Of a DNA stretch of 64,000 nt, positions 29,261 through 42,409 are shown piece by piece; positions within the stretch are counted from its first letter, which is position 1, and each line of letters begins with the position of its first letter. The position numbers and the translations under genes are program-made. The notes below the pieces were generated by a model that made no database searches, had not been told where the DNA came from, and was given only the letters and a program-made list of their open reading frames with translations. Origin of the DNA: the human T2T-CHM13v2.0 reference genome, Homo sapiens; the NCBI RefSeq assembly GCF_009914755.1, contig NC_060942.1. One strand, given 5' to 3'.

Positions 29261-31084
29261 TTACCTTGAAATTTAACATAAGAGGCTTTCCCCAAATTTA
29301 TTATACTTTCTAGATATGAGTCACTCATTCACTCAATAACATTTTCCTAGGCCCTTTAACAGGACAACAAGCGCAAAAAATCAAGTACTCTATCTTCCAG
29401 TATTGGATTTTTAAAAATATGAATAAGAAATTGAAGTTTTAAGAAGAAAAATGAGACATTCAGTTTTATGAACTTCAGAATTGGCTACTTGAAGCATTGG
29501 TTATGCAGATTGCTTGGGTGACTGCTAATATGTTGATGCTAGAATTTAGAAAGACTAAATCTAACTCTGAGCCTCCCCCGCCATTCCCCATGAAACTACA
29601 ATATACTCTGCATATATTCCCAGCCCCATGCAATCTACATTCTGGAAAAACCAGATCACATATGTCTTCCCAAATGTTTTACCAATGTCTTCAGGCTGCA
29701 TCTTCTGCCTGGAATGTTCTTTCCACCAATTTCTACCTAGGCAACTTTTCTCCTGGGACTTCTTTTTCTGTGATACCATCACCTCAAAGAGGCTTATCAG
29801 CAAATCCAGATCCTCAAGCTTGGTAAAACCAGCACCATCACTTATCTATTTCTTTTGTGTAAAGCCATCTCACAATACAGTCCATAGATAAAGCAATTGA
29901 CAAAAGATGCCTTGGACCTGAGTGGGTGTTTATTATGGTTTTGAAACAATTGACATGAGAAGCTGGTTATTTTCTTCCATCTTCCCTTACTTAAGCATTC
30001 AAGTTACTAATAGATACCTTAAACTAATGCACATGTCTTGTTATCAATCCTTAAGATATACTTAATATTCAAAAAGGAACAAATGTACATTTATCCCAAG
30101 AAACCTATAATGTTGATTAATATTTGTAAAAGAAATGAAAATATAGTCTCTCACAGACAAGTGGTCTGTGAACAGAATCAATGCTGTACTAGATAGTGAA
30201 GAAAGAAAAGATTGTATTTCTCCTTCTTGCAGTCTCTTAATTTTCCATTAAACTGCCTTTCCCAAGCTCTGATAACTCTCTGATCTATCTCTCCCCAAAT
30301 CAGGCATCTATTCCCCCATTATTCCTATTGAAAATGGCAGAATTATTTTCCATGTGCTAGGTCTTATGCCCTTGGGAACTGGTCTTCAGCGTCATTAACC
30401 ATGATAATTATTTTAATATTCATCTTGTGCTGTCAGGAAAAAAAAAAAAAAGAAAACACCCCTTCTCCTAGGGTCACTCTTTTCTTTCAGACATTATATG
30501 AATGTCATTTTTAGCAGTTCTTTAGAAAATACCTCAATCCCATTTTATTCTTAATATTTAACCTCAGTATTATTTAGCTCAGTTCAGTATGAAATCATAT
30601 TTAAATGGCTCTTTTTTGTATTTAAACATCTTTAGACAGCTCAAAAAGTCCTCATTATAGAGTCATAGTTTTGATATTTCTTACATGGCTTTTGTTCTAT
30701 TTTGTTTGATTGCACCTAGTTCTCTGTCACCAAAGGGCACTTACTAATTGAATCTCCTGCTTTAAGTTTAACACCTTCCAAAGTGAGTAAGCTTTAAAAA
30801 TCTCTATTTTATATCAGCAACATTGAGCCATCATGTGTTCAATGTGAACTATTCTTTACTGTTCCTCATAAGACTGCTCTTTACCTTAATTGGGAGGGAG
30901 GCTTCTTTATAATCTCCCACTGATTTGCTTTGGATTTTTTTAGTACTGTCAACTCTACTAACATGAGAACATTAATTAAATGTGGCTGGTGACAACAGGC
31001 TTTGTGGGGATTCTGTAAAATTCATATGTCCTATGTCAGTGATTGACAAGTGAGAGTTCATTAGAATCACTGAGCAAAACTCAG

Positions 31085-31206
31085 TTTGCTGGGCCCTAGT
31101 CCTGTATTCCTGATTCGGTAAGCCTGGATTTGCTCTAAAAAGCTATGTTTCTATCAAACTCCAAGCAGATGCAACTGGTCTGGGAACCACACTTTGAAAA
31201 CAAATG
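31085..31206 (+). mobile_element. MER5-like hAT fragment
   Basis: TTGCTGGGCCC...CTGATTCGGTAAGCCTGG...GGTCTGGGAACCACACTTTGAAAAC. Confidence 0.65.
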
Positions 31207-31311
31207 TCCATAGAATCCAGTCGCAATATACTCTAATTATAATTAACTAGTCTAACAGGCAATCAATATCCTAAAAAGTGCAGGTGATTGGGGAAAAAAA
31301 TGCTATTGGAA

Positions 31312-31601
31312 GGGCATAGAGGCTCATGCCTGTAATCCCAGCACCACTGAGGTGGGTGGATTGCTTGAGTCCAGGAGTTGGAGACCAGCCTAGGCAACAT
31401 AACGAGGCCCTATTTCTGCCAAAAATTAAAAAAAAAAAAAAATAGCCGAGTGTGGTGGCACAAGCCTGTAGTCCCAGCTACTCAGGAGGCTGAGGTGGGA
31501 GGATTACTTCAGTCCAGGAGGTCGAGGCTTCAGTGAGCCAAGATTGCACCACTGCACTACAGCCTGGGTAACATAGCAACACCCCAACTCTAAGGGAAAA
31601 T
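31312..31601 (+). mobile_element. Alu SINE, AluJ-like
   Basis: GATTGCTTGAGTCCAGGAGTT, CCTAGGCAACATA, GGGAGGATT, GAGGTCGAGGCT. Degenerate TSD AAAAAA(A/G)TGCTAT. Confidence 0.92.
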
Positions 31602-31619
31602 AAAAAAGTGCTATCACTT

Positions 31620-31790
31620 CCTTCACGATTCTCAGCAATTTCAGTATACTAGAATGATCTGGGGGAGCTCTTAAACCTCTGGAATCCCCAATCAATTAAA
31701 TCAGAATTTCTGGGGTTGGATCTCAGGCATTAGAAGTTTCTAAAATGTCACAGGCTATTCCACTGTGTGGCCAGTGCTGAAAACCATTGC
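31620..31790 (+). mobile_element. MER5A1/MER5-like hAT element
   Basis: GATTCTCA...AGAATGATCTGGGGGAGCT...CAATTAAATCAGAATTTCTGGGG...CAGGCAT...GCTGAAAACCATTG. Confidence 0.7.
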
Positions 31791-31910
31791 CTTACTTCAA
31801 GGAGTATTTTCCACAGGTAAGTCAAATCAGTAAGTTTGGAAGTTGAGGGGCAAGTTAGTGTTTGTCTTAACTTATACTATGAGATTTACCAATAGAAAAA
31901 GTAGACACAA

Positions 31911-31964
31911 GCATATTTTTCCACACGTGCATATTTTTCCACACATGCATATTTTTCCACACAT
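31911..31964. repeat. 18-bp tandem triplication
   Basis: GCATATTTTTCCACACGT then GCATATTTTTCCACACAT x2. Confidence 0.95.
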
Positions 31965-32905
31965 TCTTTTTTAACTGCTGGGAAAGTAAATCCATCACTT
32001 TCCTGTGAATTCATGCACATTGAGAAATGTGATTTAAATCAATGGTCCATTCAATTGTCTATTACTGTCTTTTCTTCCTCAGTGGGATCTCTCATAATTG
32101 CTCCTTAGTTTTCATTTCCATACTCAATAAATTATTAAAAATAATAGCTCATATTATGTTGGTCTTGTGGGAGAGGGAGAAATGGCTAGGTTCAGCTGTG
32201 AAAACCCAAGTTTAAGCAAACTGAGGAAACCAAGCCTGGCTTATCAATGTTACATAATTTGCTCAAGATCTTATGGTTAGTACATGATGGATGTAACAAA
32301 CATTATTTTTAATTTCACACATTATTTCATTACAAAAAATTAAATGAGTGCTTGTTAGATGCTAGGCAGCAGTGTAGACACTGTGGATGCTCTTTACTAA
32401 ATCAATAAATACTTGTTAAATAATGCTCAACTATATGGAGGTGGAATATACATGAGACTCATGAAGAAATGGTGCCATCTTTGTTAGCATCGATCCAAAG
32501 AATGTGTACAGGGAAGGTTCACCAATGACTTAAAGATGATCAGGCACAAGAATGCCACTCTTTAATTCATTATTTAATTTACTCTTGGTAGTATTCAAGT
32601 GGAAATTGGAATATCAGAATCATCACAGAATCAGGAACCTCAATGGCCTTTTTTTCCCCAGCCTTTCTCCTAATTTAGTACACCAATTATAAAACGTCTG
32701 TGACAGATGACAGTCCGGACTGGGCTTGAATACCTTGAATTAAGGGGCTTTCACTTCTGTACTAGACAGCCTGTTACATGGCTGGAAGCTCCAGTTGGTG
32801 AATTCTGCCCCAGATGGAATCCCAAATATATTTAAACGCAAGCTTTTTCTTTTAAATTTAGTCCTAATATCATTTGTGGAACAAATTTTATTATTTCCTC
32901 TAAAT

Positions 32906-33228
32906 CAGCAGTCCCCAAACTTATTGGCACCAGTGACTGGTTTCATGGAAGACAATTTTTCTGTGGATGGTGGTGGGTATGGTTTCAGGATGAAACTGTT
33001 CCACTTCATATCAGGCGTTAGATTCTCAAAAGGAGCACACAACCCAGATCCCTCACATGCACAGTTCACCATAGGGTTCGTGCTCCTATGAGAATCTAAT
33101 GCTGCAGCTAATCTGATAGGAGGTGGAACTCAGGCAGTCATGCCTGCTGCCCCACTGCTCATCTCCTGCAGCCCGGTTCCAGGCCACGGATCAGTACAGG
33201 TCCATTGCCTGGGTTTTGGGGACCCCAG
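32906..33228 (+). mobile_element. MER1B (hAT-Charlie)
   Basis: CAGCAGTCCCCAA...GGCACCAG.GACTGGTTTCATGGAAGACAATTTTTC...GAGAATCTAATGCTGC...GGGGACCCC. Confidence 0.9.
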
Positions 33229-33376
33229 TTGTACATGACAGTATTTCAGTTCTGATTTCTTAGATAATAACTGCTCAGAGACTACTTGCCTCAATACTTC
33301 ACTAAGTATTGGAAAATACTGTTTCTCTTTATATGGTCTTGCCTTTATCATCTCGTCATACATTTTTTATTATAGT

Positions 33377-33970
33377 TGCTGCACCAACATTCATTTTTAG
33401 GCCTGATGTAAAAGTTGTTTGAACCCCAGTTGTACCCTGTCCTCTTTGATCTGGTTAAAACTTTCCATTCCTGTATGGTTGTTTCGGATATAGCCCATTT
33501 GTCCCTCATCTTACACACCAAAAGTCCAACACAGCTCACTGCTGCTGACCACAGTAAAACTCATAATTAACAACAGAATCATGTAAATAAGTTCTCCCTT
33601 TTTTATGTGTTTTCTTTAAACTAGTGAATCCACAAGTCATGAGGGAAAGCTTAAAGGATAATGTTCTTGGACCTTAATAAAGGTATAGTCCCACATATCC
33701 TTTCTCTACTCTCTGCCTGTTGGTTGAGTTCCCTGCCACCTCCAGACTTCCCATTGGCCCTCACGGGCACCCCTCTTCTCTCTGGGATCTGTAAGTAATA
33801 CCTTTCTTCTGTTTTCTTTGTTTAGTTTTATCTTCTTATTGTGCCTCACATGGCAAACACACACTAACCTAACTTTCTCCCTGGACATTGGTCTAGAGAG
33901 TGGCTACTTGTCTTGTTTTATGGCCACTCATAAAGACATCAAAATCAAATTAAGGAAAAATCACAATACA
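33377..33970 (+). mobile_element. ERVL LTR, MER54/MER73/MER74 group
   Basis: GGACCTTAATAAAGG, CCCTCTTCTCTCTGGGATCTGTAAGTAATA, CTAGAGAGTGGCTA...ATGGCCACTC...CAATACA. Confidence 0.6.
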
Positions 33971-34029
33971 TCTGGTTCAGATTTATATATTAACAAAACT
34001 TGGATAATTAGAACTCTTCCTAATACTAG

Positions 34030-34310
<281 letters not shown>

Positions 34311-35959
34311 TGTACCTTCCATAATTCTTTTCTAGGATTGAATTTTGTTACCTAATAATTATAAAACAACATTCTCAAAAGGTATGAAATCCTTTTGAAA
34401 CAAGGACTCATCTTTAAAACGCTACTACTGAAGATCCCATACATAGGGAAATTCTAGGCAAGAAAACAACCAATAGGGTAGGCCAAGAAGCAACGGCATG
34501 TCACTGTATTTCATGTGAAAGGTTTCCTATAAAGTTGGGCAATATGGCAGCCCTGCTGAGATGATAAGAAAAAAAAAATTTCTTTGATAAGAACATTCAG
34601 AATAGAAGTTTAGCCTTAAATCTTAGGAAATTCGCTTTTAGCAGTTTTGTCAATATACCTTTCAATAGCCTTATAGTACACAAACGTTTCAAGTCCTTAA
34701 CAGCTTAATTTCCCATAAAAGACTGAATATTTCACTTTTGGAGGTGAACTTTCTCATCAACAGAAACAACTCTGTTATTATCACCCTTATGATGTGGACT
34801 GCAAAGCTATCAATTATTGACTTGTGGTCTATGTTCTGACTGTGATGACCTACATCGTGCACTGGGCCACTCTTGCAACAGCTAACTCATGTTGAGATAT
34901 TATTATTCAGTTCATGTTTGTAAAATATCTCTAAGATTAAGTCTTCTATAACTGCCACAGCTCCTATTCATCACCTAAACTCTCTTAACCCTGTTGCATT
35001 CATCAGCAACACACATTTTAACACTTAATATTTTCTAATATTTCTTTGTCTGGTATGATATTATATCTCAAAAACTACATTTTAAACTATATTTAAAACA
35101 TTCTGAAGAAGTCATAATCACTTACATAGTCTTGTAAAATCATTTATGTGATGTGAATTTAAGTGTGTGTTTGTGTGTGTGTGTATACATGCACACACAC
35201 ATATATTCTAGCTATTACTTGCTAAATAATTAAACACATTTTATATTTCATGATACAAAAATAAAACAACCATTGATTTATTATGAATAAGGTATAAAGT
35301 AACAACTGGACACACAACTAATCCATACTGAATCTGTTTAAGCCAGATATTATTTGTGCCTCTAGATAACCAAATGTCATGGACGCATACTACTGAGGAA
35401 AACTTAAAAGCCAAGAAATAAGAAAGCAAACACAATCGCCAAAACTCATTATTCCTCAGCCTGGGCCAACCAGGTGTAGATGTTCTGTATGTCTCATGGC
35501 CAAAGGTGTAGAAGGGTAGAAGCTGCCTTGGCCAGTGTGCTGGGCTTACAAGTGAAAGTACTCTGAGGGAAACAACAAAATTTATCATGTTACCTTACAA
35601 AATATCTATACATTAACTTAAGAGTGGTTAAGTAACACTTAGCTTCTCTAAGTAACAAGACTTATTTCAAATGATCTGGGGACACAGGAACCATGGTAGG
35701 GAGTGTGTACAAATGCCCTGGGAACATCTTGTATGTCAGGGATGTGAACATTAGCCAATGGCTTTGTCCCACAGACTCATTCAGTCTCACCCTTTGCCAG
35801 ACTGCCAAACTGGGGAGGAAAGTGAATATCCAGGGCCATCTCCATTGTCCTTCATCATCTTGCTTTAAAAAATAATTTCTCTATATGTGAATTTTTATAT
35901 TAAGTAAAAAACAAAAAAAAATCAAAAAGGATTTTTGGACTTTTTTCTTTTAGTGTAAC

Positions 35960-36995
35960 ACTTTATTTTAATTACAAGTGACAGGAAACCCTCTCAAACT
36001 GGCTAGGCCATTGAAGAAAATCGATTGGCTGATATGGCTTAAAAGTCCAGAAACAAAACTAAATTCAGATATGTCTTGTTTGTTGCTCAAATGTGATCAA
36101 GACCTAATTTTTCTCTCTTTCTTCCTCTCTATCCATTGAAGGTTAATCTACACTGTAGACCTGTGCAGATTCAGACACCACCTCATGATGTCAAAATTGC
36201 TGCCAGAGGAGAAAGGTCTTCTCTCTACAACAGTTGAATAGAAGCCCTAGTCCTCTCATTGCCTGGATTTGCATCCTGTGCCCAATACTGAATCAATTGC
36301 TGCAGTCCCTGGAATCCTAAACCTTCTCTGTTCACAGCAATCTGGTGTCTCAAAAGTCTTTTTCATGATATCCTACGTCAAAATAAATACACAACAGTTC
36401 TGTTTATTAAGTAATTAGGTCCAAACAACTTGATAAGTATCCATACCCTAACAACATAGTAGCTGCTTGAATATATAATACACATATATATTTTTAAAAG
36501 CACTTTTATTTTTAAATAAACATAATTACTTAGTAATGGGATGTGTGGGCTACGGCAAAATTTCTCAAATGTTAGAATCAGATTAGACACTTCCACTCTT
36601 ATTTCTTGTCCCATATTAATTTTTTCATGCAGCACTTGTTTTTATCATAATAATAACTGAAAAACCAGCTTCATAAACATATGATATCATTTGGAACATC
36701 ACACAATCCAATGTTGTTTGTAGTGTACTATAGATGTATAACAATGAGTATCACCAGATGTGAGTATCGCCATGGCTCTCTTAAAAATTTACAGTATCTC
36801 ATGATCCACACTCTGAAAGCCAAAGATGTCATTAGAATGATGGAAGACGCTGCTTGGGCTTAGCTGTCCTAACCTAGTCCTTGACCTGAGGGTGAGGCTG
36901 ACTTCATATGACTGGGTGTGGAGACATTTTCCAAGGGGAATTCAAGATGCTGTTTAATAAAATAAATTGAGAATGTTGTTGGGCAATAAGATCTC
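35960..36995 (-). mobile_element. Old MaLR LTR (MLT1K-like), split by MER119
   Basis: ACAAGTGACAGGAAACCC.CTCAAACTGGCT...GATTGGCT; TGTGCCCAATACTGAATCAAT; resumes at about 36825 with TTCCAAGGGGAATTCAAGATGCTG. Confidence 0.6.
36316..36823 (+). mobile_element. MER119 (hAT-Charlie)
   Basis: AACAGTTCTGTTTATTAAGTAATTAGGTCCAAACAACTT, AATGGGATGTGTG, GAATCAGATTAGACAC, AAAACCAGCTTC. Confidence 0.82.
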
Positions 36996-39059
36996 CATTA
37001 TATCCAATTTGTTTTTCCTTACTATTAAAATGTAACTATATTTATTTGCTTTTTGTGCTTTATCTATTGAATGAGACTTAAAGTTCCCTAAGGACAGAAG
37101 CCTTTATATAGTGGAAAAACATTTAAAGTCTATACTTTTCATACATTAAAGTCCCTAAGGTTCATATTATTAGTTCCCCTCCGAGTAGAAAAATGCTGAT
37201 CACATAAAAGATTATATTTAATAAATGATTTTTGACTGGTTGAGAATGTGAGAGAAATTCTTATGAGTAAAAACACAGAAGACACATCTAGGAACATTTT
37301 TTTCCCTAAGTAATATTCCCCATATTTATTTTATACACTTTGATTTTAGAGTTTATTTAACAGTTCTAGTAATTTTGTTCCCTTTTGTTCTTCTCCTCAC
37401 TGTTCCTTGATGAGTTTTTAATTTTAAAAAAAGATGAGAATACATTAACACGGAAGAAACAGCATTTTTCTTCTGCCAAACAGAAGGAATATTCAAGATG
37501 ATAAAAGCAGATATCAGAAAGTTGTTAAAGCAAGTCTTCAAAAAGAAAAGAATGCCACACTCCTAAAATTCATTTGTTTTCAGGAAGGAGGGGACAAATT
37601 TTCTAAACTTACATAAGAAAATTAACTTCTCTATCCTTGGAAATAGTTTTGAAGCAGAGAGAGGCTACATGGCATAGTGTAAACAGTACTGAACTGGGAA
37701 TCAGAGAACAGTTAGTGAACTGTGGCCCTGGGGGAACACAACATCACTTTCTTGCTAATAATTCCTGAGTTTAACTTGGAGAGCACAGCTTTAGATATAG
37801 AATGGGAAATGAAGGCTGATTCTCCATCACAACATCATTCCACTGAGAGATGGAAGGGAGCAAATTATGAATCAACATAACCCTGCTCCCATCCCTGAAT
37901 TATTGAGTATGAAACTAAAACCTTGGAGAGGCTTAAACAATCTATCAGCTGCTAAGCTTACGTTAGAATATTAGCTCATGATATGTAATGGTCTTTCTTA
38001 TACATTTTAATTCCTTTTAACAGTTTAAATAGAGCTTGAGTAATAGCTTCTTAATGTTCACTACAGAAGGTAACTAAATCTTTAATGGACTCTTGCTGCA
38101 GCCTGCTTAATATTGTAATTTAATTGAGGTCTATGTAAAAGAAGTTTTCTTCTACTTTTTTATATATTTATACTTGCAGATTTGTTGAGGATCCATGTTT
38201 CAGTTAAACTGTTTTGCATAAACACAACTAGTATTTGTATGTGACTGACATGGAAATCTTTACAATAGAAGAAACTGTTTACATTTGCATTGTTGAAGTC
38301 TTTAGATTAGAAAATAAATTTTAATTGAAAAAGTAAGAATTGGCCAATGCTTAATTTCTATTTATGTATGTGCAGGACCAAGGACCTTTCTTGTGTTTCC
38401 CAGCTGTGCACTGTGAAACCACCATTTTGCCTGTTTCTCGTATGCAATACATTTCTCCCTTTAATAAGGTTCTGGTCTCAGAATCTTCATCATATCATGT
38501 TATGAATCAAGAGAAAAATTGAAAACCAACTTCCCTTTACTAGAGGATCTGACTTTTTTTTAGGCACCAACATGCGAAGCTGAAGATCTAGTGATGTAAT
38601 TTTGCACAGTTGTCCATAGTTGGGGAAAGAGAGTGAATCCATTTGAGGGATGGCTTTCAAGGAGTCCAGATAAGGTTCACACAGGGCTTCCTGGTGTCAT
38701 GAGAATCACACTGCAGAGCCAGGAATGTATTCCTCTGAAATTGAACTAATCATGCACAGGCAGCATGTGGTTTAAAGTTTATTTACATAGTTTAAAACTA
38801 AGCATAGAGAAAAATTGAGAACCAGAATAGTCAGCATGTCATGGTGACTGGCACCCTCATCTTTTCTACATATTGCTTTCCTGTCTCTCGGCTCTCCCTA
38901 CTACTAGAGTGTCTGCCACCTCTTTTCCCCACTTCCTGCCATTCATTTAGTTTCTCATCCCATATTTTCCTTTATTCTCTCTGTAGTTTTAGCATGACAT
39001 TCCTGTCCTTTGAGATAAGTAACAATGGATATGCTCTTGTGTTTCATTTTGTTTCAAAT

Positions 39060-39260
39060 TTTGACTTTACCCCTCGGGCAAGTTACTTTATTTTTTCTAA
39101 GCCCCAGTTGCCTTCTTTCTCTCTCTCTTTTTTTTTTTTTTTAAAAAAAGGTAATGTACCTACTTCATAGAATTTTTGTGAGGCTGGAATGAGAGAGAAT
39201 ATACAGAGGATAGCACTTTACATATTGTAATGTACTAGTAAATTGTGTTGTGCTGTTGCT
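39060..39260 (+). mobile_element. MIR fragment with internal T-tract
   Basis: CTCGGGCAAGTTACTT...GTAATGTACCTACTTCATAG..TTTTGTGAGG. Confidence 0.65.
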
Positions 39261-41434
39261 GATGTTTTTATTTCTCCATGACTAGCAAACCTTTGAACAT
39301 GTGGAAACAGATGCTTGGTGGTATGCAGGCAAAATCTTTAGTCAATGCCAGGTCTGCCCTCCTTATTCAATATGCTGAGTTCATGTAGCTGAACTATTGT
39401 TTAAAAGCATGTTTTAGGAGTTTTGCAAATAGAATATAATTGGAAACCAGGAATATTTTTATTACCAGTACAGATAGCTTCAGAAAAAATGGAAAATATA
39501 ATAGACCTATCAGTGAAGCCACCCTTTTTGTCTCCTTTACCCATCTCCACCCAAATCTTTCTATCCTGTGTTTTTCCTGTCCTTCTTTCTGGTGAAGAGG
39601 GTGATCTAATCTTTTCAATCTTAACAGAGTTCTAGGGATACAGGACATTGACTGGCTCAGCTATTTGCATTTGAAAATAGCATAGAAGGGATGAATGCTG
39701 TACACCAAGGATTTAACCTTAGATAATGTCATTTATCACCACAGAGTTTGTGAAGGAGATAGTTTGGAAAGGGCTTCCCTTAACCTATAATACCTCCTAA
39801 AGCATCAACAGATTTTTTTATGGAAGGGTAGGATTTGTGAAGATCAACTCATAAATCCAAAAAAAAAGTCAATTCATTATTCAGTTAGTCACTGAACTTG
39901 AACTATACGGACTCAAAAAGTTTAGAGCTAGAAAGGTCTTTACAGATCATTTGGTAGTTCAGCACTCTAACTTTTAGTATAGAAATTAGATCTCAAAGAA
40001 GTGAGATGATGAATATATTTCTTATTACAATAACCAATATTACATAATTCATGTATTTTCTCCCCCAGTGAAGATATTTTTACCACATATTCAAATAATA
40101 ATCGTACATTCTGAAACCAAACATCAATTAAACTGTGCCTGAAACTTTTTTTTTTTTTTTCAGAAAACTACACTGATTAGTTGAGAAACTATGTTCATGT
40201 GGAGTTATCATTTTTAGGGGAGTAGAAAAGGAGTATCTAAGATGAGACAGAAAAGGAACGAGGTCTTAAATTAACTTTGTTTTCAATTTCATGCCTCTTT
40301 GCTCTCCTTGGTCTCTACCACTTGTGAGAAAAGTAATCACATGGGGATGAAAAAATAAAAGCAAAAACCATGAATAACATTATTACTGAAATTGTAAAGT
40401 TAGTAAATAACACCAGAAAACACGTTCCCTGGCAATTTTGAAAAATGTATCTTTTGTGTTTATGTATTTAAAGATTCATGTTAATTTTAGTACAGGTTTT
40501 TTTTTTCTAATAAGTAATAGCCAAGAAGTAATAAGTCATAGCTAAGAAATACATTGTTAAATGCCAGCATTATGCCCCTATAGGTACATTTAATTCTTTG
40601 TTCCCACATCATTTGATATTTTGTGAAAATGAGCTACTATCCCATGGTATTAAAATATTTGATGTTAAGTTCTTAAGAAATTCAGAGATTTCGATTTTTT
40701 TAAAATCTTGCTATCCCTGGTAAGCGTAGTGGAAAATCCAAACCCTCACAGTTTTAAACTCCATTTTCACTAGATGGACTACTCCCTGTACTAAAGAATG
40801 GCACGGAGAATTAGCCACAGAGAACATTTATTCTACTTTTCAATGTTCTGCCTCTTCTTTACCTTCCACTACCCTTGAGAAATATCATTTTTATAGTTTC
40901 AATTTCTGTGACAGACACTGACATTTTTGAAACTAAAGAAGAAAACTACCAAATTATTAAAAGAATCAAGACAGCTCAGGTATAGGTAGAAGACATATGG
41001 TTAGGGTATATATTATAGAAATATATACATAAAATTTAAGTATTCAGTTATGTTTTGATTAATGTTTTATTCCTGCTCTATTTTTGACCTGAGAGAGATC
41101 TTTGTTATTTTCAGGTGACTTTAAAATTTTAAATATTTTTTGTTATTTTTGTGGTTATCTCTATGAGGGTAACTTTGTTTTGCTAATTGCTATTGTTATC
41201 GTCCCATCAATATTTTTTAAGTTCCTACTTTGTGCTGGGTTCTGGTCTAGATTCTCACCATTCATGAGTAAACAATTTAAAAAAAATGCTTATCTCTGTT
41301 TTGTGTTTGTATACACTATATATATATATATATATATGCATATACACACATAGATACATATCTATATACAAATAAAGATTTATGTGTGTATATATGCACA
41401 CACATATGCATAGATAAATATGTATGTTTATATA

Positions 41435-41868
41435 CAGCTTGAACATCTCTATTCTGGAAATCTGAAATCTGAAATACCCCCAAATCCCAAATCTTTTGAG
41501 CACAAACATGATATAACAAGTGAACAATTTAACACCCGACCTTATCTGACGAGTTGTAGACAAACCACAGTCAAAACTTTATTTCATGCATAAAATTATT
41601 AAAAATATTACATGAAACTAACTTCAGATTATATGTATAAAGTGGATATGAAACATAGATAAATTTTGGAAATGTATATTCAGGGCAACCTAAATCTATG
41701 TCTCTTGAGTTGCAAGAAATATTTAAAAAATAATGAATTCTGTGTTTAGACTTCGGTCTCATTCCCAAGATACCATATTATGTATGTGCAAATTTTTCAA
41801 ATTTCAAAAATCATTGAAATCCAAACACTTCTGGTCCCAAGTATTTCGGATAAGAGATACTCAAACTG
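41435..41868 (+). mobile_element. Tigger4b/MER46-type MITE, full length, TA-flanked
   Basis: TA-CAGCTTGAACATC...CACTTCTGGTCCCAAGTATTTCGGATAAGAGATACTCAAACTG-TA; terminal inverted repeats visible. Confidence 0.9.
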
Positions 41869-41927
41869 TATAAGCATATTCATATACATACACACACATA
41901 TATATATATATAATATATATACACATA

Positions 41928-42357
41928 TAGTTGACCCTTGACCAATGCAAGGGTTGGGGCACTGACCTCCTGTGAGTGGAAAATCTGTGTATAACTTTTG
42001 ACTCTCTAAAAACTTAACTAATAGCCTGCTATTGACCAGAAGCCTTGTTAATAGCATAGTTGATTAACATGTATTTTGTATGTTATATATAATATATTGT
42101 ATTCTTATAATAAAATAAGCTATAGAAGGAAAAATGTTATTTAAATAATCAAAAAAGGAGAAAATATATTTACTATTTATTAAATAGAAGTGAATCATCA
42201 CAAAGGTCTTCATCTCTTTCTTGTCTTCAGGTTGAGTAGGCTGAGAAGGAGGAGGAAGAGGAGAGGCTGGTCTTACTATCTCAGGGGTGAAAGAGATAGA
42301 AGAAAATTTGAATATAAGTGGATCCATGCATTTCAAACCCATGTTGTTCAAGATTCA

Positions 42358-42361
<4 letters not shown>
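41928..42361 (+). mobile_element. Tigger2a/MER28-type MITE, full length
   Basis: AGTTGACCCTTGA...TATAACTTTTGACTC...GTTGAGTAGGCTGAG...TTCAAACCCATGTTGTTCAAG..TCAACT. Confidence 0.9.
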
Positions 42362-42401
<40 letters not shown>

Positions 42402-42403
42402 TA
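42362..42403. repeat. (TG)n microsatellite
   Basis: TG run directly abutting the Tigger2a end. Confidence 0.95.
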
Positions 42404-42409
42404 TAAGTT

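Noticed and set aside
35163-35202. (TG)n-(CA)n fold-back
   Set aside because: Low-complexity microsatellite palindrome, common in the genome.
40508-40550. 21-bp imperfect tandem duplication (similar small ones at about 13595 and 28967)
   Set aside because: Ordinary slippage products with no further signal.
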